This document shows, one piece after another, positions 13,297-25,675 of a stretch of 64,000 bases of DNA. Position 1 is the stretch's first letter; the number at the start of each line of letters is the position of its first letter. A program made the position numbers and the translations under genes. Source of the DNA: the human T2T-CHM13v2.0 reference genome, Homo sapiens. The stretch lies in the NCBI RefSeq assembly GCF_009914755.1, contig NC_060928.1. One strand, 5' to 3'. Below the pieces are notes generated by a model. The model was not told where the DNA came from. It was given only the letters and a program-made list of their open reading frames with translations, and did no database searches.

Positions 13297-14552
13297 TTTT
13301 TTTAACTTTAAGTTCTGGGATACATGTACAGAAAGTGCAGGTTTGTTACATAGGTATATGCATGGTGGTTTACTGCACCTATTAACCTGTCATCTAGGTT
13401 CCCTCCCCTCACCCCCTACCCAACAGGCCCTGATGTGTGATGTTACCCTCCCTGTGTCCATGCGTTCTCATTGTTCAACTCCCACTTATGAGTAAGAACA
13501 TGTGGTGTTTGGTTTTGTGTTCCTCTGTTAGTTTGCTAAGTATGATGGATTCTAGCTTCATCCATGTCTCTGCGAAGGACATAATCTCATTCCTTTTTAT
13601 GGCTACATAGTATTCCATGGTATATATGTACCAAATTTTTCTTTATTCAGTCTATTATTGATGGGCATTTGGGTTGGTTCAAAGTCTTTGCTATTGTCAA
13701 TAGTGCTGCAATAAACATACATGTGCATGTGTGTTTATAGTAGAATGATTTCTATTCCTTTGAGTATATATCCAGTAATGGGATTGCTTGGTCAAATGCT
13801 ATTTCTGGTTCTAGATCCTTAAGGAATCACCACACTGTCTTCCACAATGGTTGAACTAATTTACATTCCTACCAACAGCATAAAAGCATTCCTGTTTCTC
13901 CACAACCTCACCAGCATCAATTTTTTCCTGACTTTTTAATAATCACCATTCTGACTGGTGTGAGAGAGTATCTCATTATGGTTTTGATTTGCCTTTCTCT
14001 AATGATCAGTTATGTTGAGCTTTTTTTCATATATTTGTTGGCCACATAGATGTCTTCATTTGAAAACTGTCAATTCATATCCTTTGCCCACTTTTTGATG
14101 GAATTGTTTGTTTTTACCTTGTAAATTTGTTCATGTTCCTTGTAGATTCTGAATATTAGACCTTCATCAGATGGGTAGATTGCAAAAATTTTCCCCCATT
14201 CTGTAGTTTGCCTGTTCACTCTGATGATAGTTTCTTTGCTATGCAGGAGCTCTTTAGCTTAATTAGATTCCATTTGTCAATTTTTGTTTTGGTTGCAACT
14301 TCTTTTGAAGTTTTCACCGTAAAATCTTTGCCCATGCCTATGTCCTGAATGGTATTGCCTAGGTTTTCTTCTAGGGTTTTTATGGTTTTGGTTACATAGA
14401 TATACACATACCACAGTGATATGCTGCACATATTAACCCATCATCTAGGTTCCCTCCCCTCACCCCCTAACCCCCAACAGGCCCTGGTGTGTTAATTGAG
14501 TTAATTTTTGTATAAGGTGTAAGGAAGCAGTTCAGTTTCAGTTTTCTGCATA
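13297..14552 (-). mobile_element. 5'-truncated L1PA (L1PA8-like) with internal copy of its own 3' UTR
   Basis: L1 3' UTR and ORF2 end; TSD ttctctatgagtctt (13282-13296) / ttctccatcagtctt (14553-14567). Confidence 0.93.
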
Positions 14553-15774
14553 TTCTCCATCAGTCTTGAGTCATCTTGTTAATAAATGGAGTTCACTCTC
14601 TGGCTGTCTCTCCTACTTCGAGGCTCAGAGAACCGTGAGCAATGAAATGGATTGAAGACCCAGTTTCCCTGTTTCTCCAGGGTGTTAAGTCTTATTAAGC
14701 CTTAGCTAACATCAGCCTTCATAGTCCCTGCGGTGCACCTCACCTCTGCCCAGTGGTGTCCCAGAGAGGAGAAAGTGGAGCACCACAAACTCTTGCTAAA
14801 GTGGGTTCTTTAATCAGAAACAACCCATCTTCAGTTCCGCAGCACCTTCACCACCTTTGGAGTGGTGGAAATCAGAAGGCACTAGTCCTAGTGTTGGGCC
14901 AGAAATGTCAGACGCTGCCCAGTGTTCTGACCATCCCAAACCCAGTTTCCCTGTTCCCCAAGGAACCTTGCACATCCTTGAGAAAATTTTCTTATCAGCA
15001 CTACCTATGAACACTAGATGACTGACAAATCTGCCTCAGAAAAGTCCAGTCACACCTATTTCCATCTACCTGCAAGTTGTCCCCAGGTGGGGGAATAAAA
15101 GCATCCCATAGATAGTATTTGAGGAGAGCAGAGAATCTAGACTATTTTGTAAGAAATTTTCATAGCAAGATACGACTGCCTCTTGTAAAAGACAGAAATG
15201 ACCCCCAAGCTAGGTTAAACCAGAGCCCCAGAGAGACTGCTGCTGAGGGAATCAGCTACTGAGGGATGATAGCAGCTGGGCATGAATTTGAAAAGTGTTA
15301 CTTGTGATGGAGTCACCTGTGGTGCAAAGGGCCAACGTGGGTTCACTATTGTTCAATTCTTTCTATGGCTTTCTCTCTAGCCTCACAAGAGGAAATCATG
15401 TATAATCACTGGGTGAATGCTGGTATAGGATTTAGAGTCCACGTAAGGAAAAGAACAACTTATTTTATTGCTATGATCTAGTCTTCAGTCTTCTCAGAAC
15501 ATGAGGATACTACAAATAGTGACAGTCAAAGATTTCTGGAAAGTGAATATTTTTTTGTTTTGCTTTTTTATAAGCTACCTCTACAGATAAGGTAACAAAG
15601 TGAGAGAATTTGGAGAGAGTTTTAAAGAATGCGTGGGAGCTGGTATTCATTCTGTGATATATAATGTTAATGTTTACCTACTCCAGGAGATACTTCACGC
15701 TGTCAATTATAACACAAGAGTATTTTTAACCTTATTTGCCAAATGTTCAACTTATTTGCCTGGGGGTAGCCCCT

Positions 15775-16160
15775 TGTAGTAGGTTGAATTACAGCCCCAA
15801 AAATTATATATTCACATCCTAATACCCAGACCCTGTGAATGTGACATTATTTGGAAAAGGGTCTTTGCAGATAGCATTATCCAAGTAAACTCTAAATCCA
15901 GTGACAAGAAGCCTTATAAAAGGAGGAGAGAAGACAAAGAGTGGAAAGCCATGTGAAGACAGAGATTGTTGTGATGCAGCCACAACCAAGGAACTCCTGG
16001 AGCCACCAGAAGCTGGGAGAGGAAAGGAGGGGTTCTCCCCTAGACTTTGCAGATTGGATTTCAGACTCTGGCCATCAAAACTGTGAGAAAATAAATTTCT
16101 ACTATTTCAAGCCACCATGTTTGTGGTCATTTGTTACAGTAGCCAAAGGAAACGAATACA
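15775..16160 (+). mobile_element. MLT1B-like solo LTR
   Basis: tgtagtaggttgaatt...ggagccaccagaagctgggagagg...ggaaacgaataca; 386 bp. Confidence 0.9.
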
Positions 16161-16869
16161 CCCATTATGACATCAGCGTTATGTTTAACCTCTTATTGTC
16201 TGATGTACAGTAGAGAATTATAATGAAGGATTGAACCAAGAGGGTGACTGGGCTGAGTACACAGGCAGGTCTGCCCCTAATCCGAGAGATGACAGAAAAT
16301 CTTTTGTTGTTGTTTTATCTACAATAGAGATACCCTCAGGGGACTGGAAATTAAGAGAAATATCTGTGTATAGAACACAAATGAGAGTGAATTTAAAATC
16401 AAAAACAATGCCCCAAATCTGTATATTAGAGAACTTCTGCAAAAGGTGGTAACTGTTGCAGGGATGCCCCAAGTTCTGTGGTAGGAAATAAAGAGGACTC
16501 TAAGGGACCCTAGAGATGAACTCTTGGGAAGATTTGTCCAAGCACCAATAAATGACCATCTAAGAGGTCACTCCTTCTCCCTGATGAGCAGGTGGTAGAC
16601 TAGTGGAGTCATTAGCCCCCAGGTTGGGCAGTACGCATGGGCTCTTGGGCAGAACCCAGATTGGAGGGTGAATTCTCCACACCCAGAAGACCAGGCCATG
16701 TTGCCTTACAGACAGTCCTTCTGCCCTGAAATCACTGTAGGCAGTCTGTGGTAAGCAGATGAAACATTCGTAGACACACCAAAGGAATCTGACATTCAGA
16801 AATTAGCATGCCAACTGAAAGAGGAGGGGTTGTATAACTGAGAATCAGCAATAAGTTCGTTAGTGGCTA

Positions 16870-17345
16870 TGAAAATACCATTAGATAGAAAAAATAAGTT
16901 CCAGTATTTAATCATACAGCAGAAAAATTATAGTTAACAATAATGTATTCTATATTTCAAAATAGCTAGAAGAGAAGGATTGTAATGTTCCAAACACAAA
17001 GAAAAGATAAGTGTTTCACCAGGGCCTGTCGTGGGGTGGGGGGAGTGGAGAAGGATAGCATTAGGAGATATACCTAATGTAAATGACAAGTTAATGGGTG
17101 CAGCACACCAACGTGGCACATGTATACATATGTAACAAACCTGCACGTTGTGCACATGTACCCTAGAACTTAAAGTATAATAATAAAAATAAAATAAAAT
17201 AAAGAAAAGATAGTGTTTGAGGTGATGGATATTTCAATACCCTGATTTGGTCATTTCACGTTGTATACGAGCATCAGCATATCACATGTACCCCAAAAAT
17301 ACGTACAACTATAGTATATCAATTAAAAATGCCCAAAAAATTAAA
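16870..17345 (+). mobile_element. L1MA 3' end interrupted by a short L1PA
   Basis: tagttaacaataatgtattctatatttcaaaatagctagaagagaaggattg...gaggtgatggatat...atcacatgtacccc. Confidence 0.85.
17017..17200 (+). mobile_element. very short L1PA4-like 3' end
   Basis: L1 terminal 3' UTR and A-rich tail; TSD aaagaaaagata(a)gtgttt at 16998-17016 and 17201-17218. Confidence 0.93.
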
Positions 17346-17405
17346 AAGAAAAATAAATATCATGAAGGGAACATCTCTCCACAAATTGAGGAACTTGTAT
17401 ACAAG

Positions 17406-18342
17406 TGTGGCAGACTTTGCTAGACACCTACCCAATATCCATTCTCTTTTTCTTCCTTACTACCAGAACCTTCAGTGACTGATTGATTGACCAGAACACT
17501 GCTGCTCAAGCATATGAGAGGATATAGATCTGGCTGGTGAGATAGAAGTCTGCTGAGTATTTTTGGGCATTTCCTTTCCTAATTATAGCAAAACCTGCTA
17601 GTTGTCTCCTCATATTCATTTTTCTTTTCTGTATTCATTTTGAAACCCTTGATTTTAGCCAGACCTATGGCCACCCAAGTGAGAAAAAATATAGACTACA
17701 TTTACCCTTGCAGCCCCCTAAGTGGCTAAGTGTAACTACATGACTAAGTTCTGGGCAATAATCAAATGTGTGGTGGCATAATCAGATGTGTGGTGGACAA
17801 CTTCCAAGATGAAACTATAAAAGGACCATTTATCCCCTCCTCTTCTTCCACTTTTTTGCTTGCTCAGATAAAGAAATGATGGTTGGATCTTGAGCAACCA
17901 AGATGAATTATATTGAAAGAACTACAGGTTTTGAATGACAGAACAAAAACATAAAAGAAGCATAGGTTCCTGGTGTCATGTGGTAGAATGTCAGCTCTCC
18001 AGATTTCATTAATATAAGAACTAGATAAGCTTTACATCACTACAATTTTAGATTTTTGTCATACGCACCAGTTATACTAATATAGACATCAATTTTTTTT
18101 ATTTTGTCTCCTTCTCTGGCCTAAAATGTATACCCAGTGCTAAGGTATGCAGCCATCTTGCATACCTGAGGATGAGGTGCATGTGCTCAGAATGGTAGCA
18201 TGAAAAGATGGAAGGAAACTGGTCCCTGGATGCTCCTTCCTAGACTTCTTAATTCACAACAAAAATGAACCCATTACATGTTTAAGCTACAGTTGGTGGT
18301 AATTTATGTTACTTGCAGCTAAATATAATCTTATCTAATACA
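17406..18342 (+). mobile_element. old MLT1J/K-like LTR, probably with a second nested MLT1
   Basis: tgtggcagac...cctacccaatatccattctc start, ctaagttctgggcaat, and gttacttgcagctaaa...ctaataca end. Confidence 0.65.
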
Positions 18343-18344
18343 TC

Positions 18345-19320
18345 TCAAAGGAAAAAAGGCTGATACAGGAAAAAATTGTTGTATTCATTAAATAAGAACA
18401 GGCTGGTACAAAAATGAACCAATTATAAGTATTGAAAATGAAAATATAAATGGCTGAGAACAGTTGTAGAACAAATTAATGAGCTAAGAGGGCTAATTCT
18501 TCTGGATCACAGTGAAACAGAAAATTAAATGAAGAATGTAAACACTGTTTTATTAGCTTCCTAGCACGGCAGTAACTGGGTGGCTTAAACAACAGAAATT
18601 TATTGTATCAGTTCTGGATGCTAAAAGCCCAAGATCAAAGTGTTGGCAGGATTGCCTTCATCTGAGGGCTGTGAGGGAGAATCTTGTTCCATGCCTTTCT
18701 CCTAGCTTCTGGTGGTTTGCTGGAAACCTCTGGCATTCCTTGACTTGTAAATGCACCACTCTGACCTCTGTTTCCATGTTCACATGGTGCTCTCCTTGTG
18801 TGTGTGTGTCTGTGTCCAAATTTCTTCTTTTTACAAGAACACTAGTCATGCTGGATTAAGGTCCAGCAATTCAACCCATAACAGCAGTTCAAGACAAGGA
18901 GAAAAGATAAGAGGAGGCCTAATATCCATATCATAGAAGTTCAAAGATAAGAAAGACAAAATTGAAGAATGGAAATTTTTTTAAATGAATAATGGTAGAA
19001 AATTTTCCTGAGCCAAAGAATGACATGAGTTCACATGTACAGAGAACCCACTGATTACTGAGGAAGATAAATGTGAAAAAAGACCCACTCCTAGTCAAAT
19101 CATAATAAAATTTGACAATAGGAATAAACACAAAAATTTCATTAACATCCAAAATCTTTAAAAATTACACTTCAAAATAACAAAAATTAGATTAGCATTA
19201 GACTTCACAAGAACACTACTGGAGGCAAGAAGACAGTGGAGCAATACACTCAGAGTTTTAACAGAAAATTAGTTTGAATTATCATTCAAGTGAGAGGAAA
19301 AATTAAAAATTGTGTCAATT
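18345..19320 (+). mobile_element. ancient L1M/HAL1 ORF1-region relic, interrupted by MLT1
   Basis: agaaaattttcctgag, ttagacttcacaagaacactactggaggcaagaagacagtggagcaat (the LEARRQW motif of ORF1). Confidence 0.7.
18546..18883 (-). mobile_element. MLT1B/C-like LTR with internal deletion
   Basis: gggtggcttaaacaacagaaatttatt...cctagcttctggtggtttgctgg...caattcaacccataaca. Confidence 0.85.
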
Positions 19321-19493
19321 AGCAGTTAAGTAACTATTGATCCAACTGCAATTCCACGAGTGGGAACTAAGTAGTCCCAGCCAGCCAGAGCAATCCAGTC
19401 CTCTTGCTATGACTTGGCTCAGAAATGAGTATGTGACACATTCCAGCTGAGGCACCAGGAGAAATTTGTTGGGTCTCTAGAAAAGCCTCTTCC

Positions 19494-19633
19494 AGCACAC
19501 CAACATGGCCCATGTATACATATGTAACAAACCTGCACGTTGTGCACATGTACCCTAAAACTTAAAGTGTAATAATAATAAAATTTAAAAAATAAATAAA
19601 TAAAAAAATAAAATAAAATAAAAAATAAAAAAG
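19494..19633 (+). mobile_element. extremely truncated L1PA3-like 3' end (about 80 bp plus tail)
   Basis: agcacaccaacatggc...taccctaaaacttaaag and A-tail; perfect 15-bp TSD AGAAAAGCCTCTTCC (19479-19493, 19634-19648). Confidence 0.93.
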
Positions 19634-19949
19634 AGAAAAGCCTCTTCCTTATTCTCCTGGGACTGGATCTGTTCCTCCCATTGGAAATGGACACAAAAAC
19701 AGATCATCCATTGCTCACCCACATCACAAAAGGTACCCTATTTAAGATGAAACTGGCATCCATGCCTTTCTCAACTGAAGTTCTACGGGAGAATTAAAGC
19801 CTGCTGAAAATGACTTGTGTGACTGTTTCATCAACTCTCTAAAGTATGATACAGACTTAGATACCATGCTAGATGCATAGGAGATAGGTTAATTTATTAC
19901 ATTCAATGGGTGTCTTATGTCATTAGTGCTTCATTTCTACAGTGGGGTG

Positions 19950-20152
19950 AGAAGAGCAAATCTACAGGCTCAATCCAGCCCACTACCTGGTTTATTGGAA
20001 CCCTGGGCTCATTTGCTTACATATTATGTATGACTACTTTCACACTGCAAAGGTAAGTTTGAATAGTTGTGATAGAGATTATATGGCCTCCAAAACCTAA
20101 AATACTTGCTATCTGGTTGTTTACAGGACAAGTTTGCCAGCCCGACTCTAGA
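19950..20152 (+). mobile_element. MER58A-like hAT-Charlie MITE
   Basis: gctcatttgcttacatatt...atatggcctccaaaacctaaaatacttgctatctgg...aagtttgccagccc...tctaga. Confidence 0.75.
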
Positions 20153-20179
20153 GAAATCTCAGCTGAGAAAGTCTGCAAA

Positions 20180-20342
20180 GAAATTTGGCTGTGTCTACCT
20201 TGGTCTTTACCTCATTATCAATGAGCAGGGGCTAATTTCTTCACCTGCAACCCTATTGCACGGTCATTATCAGGACTGAGTCAATAACTGCAAAACATTT
20301 CAAATAGAGCCACATGGTAAGCACTCAGAAAATGTTAGCTCT
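20180..20342 (+). mobile_element. MIR fragment
   Basis: Ends cacatggtaagcactcagaaaatgttagct, the MIR 3' end. Confidence 0.6.
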
Positions 20343-20349
20343 TCTTCCA

Positions 20350-21058
20350 AGCCAGATACCAACTTCCATTTACTTATTCTGCAGGTTGGTAGTTTGGCCT
20401 GGGCTCAACTGGATCGTTCTTCTGACATTGGCTAGACTCGCTTTTGCAGCTGCAAGTCAGATTTAGGCAGCTCTGCTTCTCTGGGTAGCCCCGGCCAGGA
20501 TGATCCCAATCACATGTCTGGCAGATAGTTACCTGTCACCAGGGCAGCTGGGCCATGTGGTATTTAGTGAGCCTCTGGTTCCCTTCCTACTTCAGTCCCT
20601 TTTGGATCCCCCTAGCCCCCACAAAAAGCCATCTTTTTACATTATGAAGCCATGTTTTACATTATGCATGATCTACATCAAGTTATATCTTGACCTGATT
20701 GAAATATCAAACAAACATTTAAGTACTTACTAAAGTCAATACTCTATGAAATGGCTTTGCTTTTTCCTTACTTTTGAAATTCAAAACTTTATTTGAACAG
20801 AAGCCAACTGGCTTTTCATGGTGGCTAGGGGGTTCCAAAAGGGACTGAAGTAAGGAAGGCTTCCTATGGTCTAGACTTGAAACTGGAGCAGTATTACTTC
20901 CACTGTGTTTCATTAGTCAAAGAAATTGCAAGCCCAGCTCATATTCGAAGAGTGGGGAGATAGATTCCACTTCCTGAAGAAAGGAGCTACAGAGCCCCTT
21001 TGCAAAGGGACATGTATACGAGAAAGAATAATTGCAATCATTTATATGCATGATCTAT
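20350..21058 (-). mobile_element. MLT1F/G/H-like LTR containing a complex templated insertion
   Basis: gcctgggctcaactgg...ttacttccactgtgtttcattagtcaaag...ggggagatagattccacttcctga. Confidence 0.7.
20583..20858. repeat. about 50-bp inverted repeat (20583-20631 vs 20809-20858)
   Basis: cttcctacttcagtcccttttggatccccctagcc is the near reverse complement of ggctagggggttccaaaagggactgaagtaaggaag. Confidence 0.9.
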
Positions 21059-21186
21059 AACTAGTTAATATAGCTTAACCGAATTGAAATATCAAACAAA
21101 CATTTAAGTACTTACTAAATGTCAATACGAAACAGCTTTGCTTTTTCCTTCCTTTTGAAATTCAAAACTTCATTTGAACAGAGGCC
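20663..21186 (+). repeat. about 140-bp direct repeat (20663-20805 vs 21045-21186)
   Basis: Shared ttgaaatatcaaacaaacatttaagtacttactaaa...gctttgctttttcctt.cttttgaaattcaaaactt.atttgaacaga. Confidence 0.92.
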
Positions 21187-21999
21187 TTTTAAAAGTAAAT
21201 AAATAAGTTCTTTTGCTCTTAGTACGTGTGTGTCTATGGGAGGACATCTGAATGCATGTAGTAATGAACCATCTTTGGCACCATGGACTCATGAAATTCA
21301 GCTGATTGATCCTCAGTCCTCTCTCCATCTATAGCAACATGCTGAGCTTATTCTTGAATTTTAATTCCTCTTCAAATGAAACTGCAAAATAAAACTCTAA
21401 TTTTGTTTTAAGTGCATAAAGTGAAAGAAAATTTTATCTCTTGGTGTTTGTTAACTTGTTATGAACATCTTCATAATGTAAAAACATTGCAATATACCAA
21501 CCACATTATCTTCGAAAATAAAAGAGTAACTTAACTTTTTCCTTCACTTAAAAATGGAAATAACAAATAATGATAAAAAATTGGAGAAGAATCTAACAGT
21601 GTTCTGAGACCTCCCAGCCTTCCTTTCTTCAAGTGTGTAAATCATTAAGTATTCAAATGATTAATGCAGTCATGATCAAGCTTACCAGAATAAATCATTT
21701 ATATGTCCACCCTTGGCTATGCAGCTTCATTAGTGCTCTTAGGAAAATTAAGATGTCTTCACATTCCAGCCTAACAAAGTGTTCTAGTCTCTCCTACCAC
21801 TTTACGTATGAGCTTGCCAGGGCTTTTTCTATTAATTAGATTTGTTTTCTCCCCTCCACCTCCAATTTTGAGCATGGTTTATATCCCCTTGCTTTCTGAA
21901 GCCTGGCTTCAAACCATGTGAGATAGCAAAAGAGTATCTTTTTTGAAATGCAACTGGAAAAAGAGAAAACATCTTGACTTTTAGCATAATAATAAGAGG

Positions 22000-22291
22000 A
22001 AAGAATAGTAAACCTATAAGGCACTTAGGGTATGTCAGGCACTCTTCTAAGTAGTTTATAGACATTAAGTTATTAATCTTCACAAAATCCCACAGTATAA
22101 TATAGATGTTATAGAATAACATATATAAACATATGTCAAATATTTTCCTCATTTTATAGATAAGAAAACTGAGAAACAGAGAGGTTAAAAGCTTGCGCCA
22201 GGTCACACAGCTAAGCAATAGAACTGGGATTTGGTACCAGGCAATCTGGTTTCAGTACTCATTAATTTAGCCATTATACTATGCTGCCTCT
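22000..22291 (-). mobile_element. MIR, near full length
   Basis: cattttatagataagaaaactgagaaacagagaggttaaaagcttgcgccaggtcacacagct. Confidence 0.88.
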
Positions 22292-23149
22292 CCATGAAAA
22301 CACCCAGGAAGTATGTTGACATAAAAGATATAATTGTAGTGTAGATACTTGCTCCTGAGGTTGGACCAATGAGCAGCATTTCAATTCATCTTTTCTTATT
22401 CCAGATTCATCCTGGGGAAAACCAAATGCAGTTCAATGACTGATACCAAGGGCCAAAAAGAAGGAGTGGGCATTGGGGATTAGGGTTGGGGTCATGGAAA
22501 GAAGACAGCTCTGCGGGAAGCAAGGTATATCAAGGTGAAGAGAGTATATCTGGGAGGGAGATGCTCCAGAACTGGATGGGAAGGGGGTGGCAGCATTGGG
22601 GATCACACAGCCTCTCATAAAGAAATGCCGTGCACACTCACAATGAGGCAGAATGCGCTGAACAAAGTAAGTGCACCACTCACAGTTCCCTGCCCAAACA
22701 GGATCTTAACATGCGTGACCACTGACTTCAGCCTACAGTAAAGATCTGCCTGTACATTATCTGTGTCTGCTAAGCTAATACTTTTCCTCTAATGCATTTT
22801 CTCACTCCAGCCTTCTCAGATTAAGAGGATTATAAGGGGTGTTATTACATCTTGATAAACTGCAAAATGGTCTTCCTCTTTCTCTCTTTCTCAGTCCTCA
22901 TTCCCTTTTTCTGTCTGTATTGAGGTGCAAACATGTTGTTTCCTCCAAATGAAATGTATATGTTAATTTATTTGATGGGCTTGACAAAATGGCTCTAAAA
23001 TAAAATGCCAATACTCTCTAAATGGTCACAAATAAAGGGCCCTGGACCTTTCCAATAATTTATAGTGATGTCATACGCAATGATGACATTATGTTCAGAA
23101 GAGCAAGCCAGTTATAAACACAGTTAGGATAATCCAAAAAGGAATGAGG

Positions 23150-25670
23150 GGTAGCAGGGTTGCATCCCTAGACACTGCAGTGCAGATCCCTATGGCTCTG
23201 GACCAAGACCATGACCTCTGTCAGAGAACTACTCTCAGTTTGAAAAACAGCTCTTGACATGCTACTAGCTGGAGACTGGGCACCCACCTGGAACACCACG
23301 TGACAAAACAACCGGAGGTAGGCTTGATGAGCTGGGGGAATCAGTAAGTCACAATATCTGTGGTACTTGGCGACTGGGTTTAGGCAGATCCAGAAGATGT
23401 GAGATACTCAAATGCATAGAATACCCAGGCTCCTACTGCTATTGGACTGGTGCATTTTCTTCCATCCATACCTATGGCTTCGTGAAGAGTTTTCTATAAA
23501 CAAACATCAGAAGAAGAAAAGACTTAGGCCCAGTTCACAGTTATGTTGGTGCTAGCTAGAAATGTACCACCACCACAATACAGCCCTACTCAGAGAAGCC
23601 CCAGAAAACACTGATGAGGAGAGATTCTCCCAGTGAGGAGATTTCCAAGCTGTAAACTTGATTAGAGAATTAGCCTGAGATATGGATGAAACAGGCACTT
23701 AGACATCAACAAATGCCTTGGCTGAATTTTCAGAGCACTGAAGGCAATAAGTCTGAAAGATTGGTTACTACGAATTGTGGTGAGGTCTATGGATGGATTT
23801 ATGGGAGTGGGCACAAAATGTGGATGTTTGTGTCTCACATGAATGCTTACCAGAAATTATCTATTGCAGAAGAGGAACTCAAACATCAGATGAATGGAAT
23901 CACATATTTTATGGAAGTCAGCCAAGCCTCAAGAGACCCTTGAACCAAGCAGCTATGGCAGCAGGGATGGCAGGTCTACACAGGATCAACAACATAGATT
24001 CCCTTCCACCAAGTCTAAGCCAGCAACTGCCACTGCTGAGTGCTCAATCCCTCAATGAAGAGAACAACACACAGCCCTTGATATGACACCATTCATCACT
24101 GGACATCTCCACCTTAAGGGGACAGAAGCTCATCTTTATCAGAATCTATACCTACTTCATATCACCTTCCCTGCCTTCATTGCCTCTGCCAGCTCCAGCA
24201 ACTGGGAGTTTATAGGATGCCTAATCTCAACATGGCACTCTGCATTATGTCTTCTCAAACCTCTCATCTTAAGGAGGTACAAGAGTGGGCCCATGACCAT
24301 AGGATTTCCTGGTCCTACTATCTACCCCATTACCAGAAACAGCCAGCCTGACAGAACAGTGGAGGAGCTTACTGAAGACTCAGTTGAAGAGTCTGCATGG
24401 GAATAACATTTTATAGGGTTGGGGCACTGTTCTCCAGGATATAATATAGTTGATCCTTGAACAATGTAGGGGTTAATGGCACTGACCCCTACACAGTTGA
24501 AAATTTGTGAATAACTTTTGACTTTCCAAAAACTTGACTATTAATGACCTACTCTTGACCAGAAACCTTACCAATAACATAAGCAGTCAATTAACACATG
24601 TTTTTATGTTATATGTATTATATACTCTATTGGTACAATAAAATAAGCTAGGGAGATGAAAATGTTACTAACAAAATCATAAAGAAGAGAAAATATATTT
24701 ACTATTCATTAAGTGTGAGTGGATCATTATAAAGGTCTCCATCTTCATCATCTTCTCATTGAGTAGGCTGAAGATGAGGAGGAAGAGAAGAGGTTGGTCT
24801 TGCTATCTCAGAGGTGGCAGAGGTGGAAGAAAATCCACATATAAGGGAACCCAAGCAGCTCAAACCCATGTTGTTCAAGGGTCAACTGCATATGCCCTAA
24901 ATCAAAGGCCTATGTATGGTACTGTGTCTCCAATAGCTAAACTACATGAATCTAGGAATCAATGGGTGAAAGTGGATGTAGCTCCTCTCACCCTTACGCT
25001 TCCTAGCAGAATTTATCTTTCTTGTCCTGAAAAGTTAAGCTCTGCCAAGACGGAGTCCCTAGTTCTTATTTGGAATGGGGGATGGGAAGAGGTGAAGAAC
25101 ACTTCAACCAAGTGACAAAATAAGGATTCCACTGAATTGAAAGCAATAACCATTACCACCTGGCCACTTTGGAATCATGCCCATGAACAACCAGGCAAAG
25201 AAAAGTTACTTCTTGCTGAGGTAATCAATACTGATTACCATGAGGAGTTGGGATGTCTACTCCATCATAGAATAGAAAGGGTTATGTCTCAAACCCAGAG
25301 GAATCGCAGGGTATCCTTTAATACTTATATTGTTTTCTAATAACTATTATAGACCACAGACAAAGCCACTAAGGACTCAAACCACTTAGTGATGATGAAA
25401 CTGGAATTCCTACCAGGCTAGCAACCAAGACCAGCAAATGTGCTTTCCTGGGGAGACAAGAAATCTAAAATGAGAATATCAGTTATATTATTGGGATCAG
25501 CTACAGCAGTAGGAATTGTGGCTTAGTTCATTAACCCTCTTTAAGTGTCTTTAGGAGATTGCAACTTATGTGGATTCCTTGACCAAGTGATGTGTACCTC
25601 CCATGTCAGAGAAAAAAATAGGGGCATCTTGGTCTTACAAAACTGAAGACCCAGTACTGCCACATGAGAG
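23150..25670 (+). mobile_element. class III ERV (ERVL / ERV3-16A3-like) internal pol relic
   Basis: Peptides DLWEWAQNV, FVSHMNAYQKLSIAEEELKHQM (RNase H) and AYALNQRPMYGTVSPIAKLHESRNQ (integrase) match ERV-L pol; many stops and frameshifts. Confidence 0.85.
24447..24888. mobile_element. Tigger2a-like TcMar DNA transposon inserted in ERVL integrase
   Basis: TIRs tagttgatccttgaacaa ... ttgttcaagggtcaactg, about 440 bp, TA-type target. Confidence 0.9.
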
Positions 25671-25675
25671 CCAGG

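Noticed and set aside
22660-22675. Isolated strong splice-donor-like AA|GTAAGT
   Set aside because: No matching acceptor or coding frame identified; cannot be supported without transcript data.
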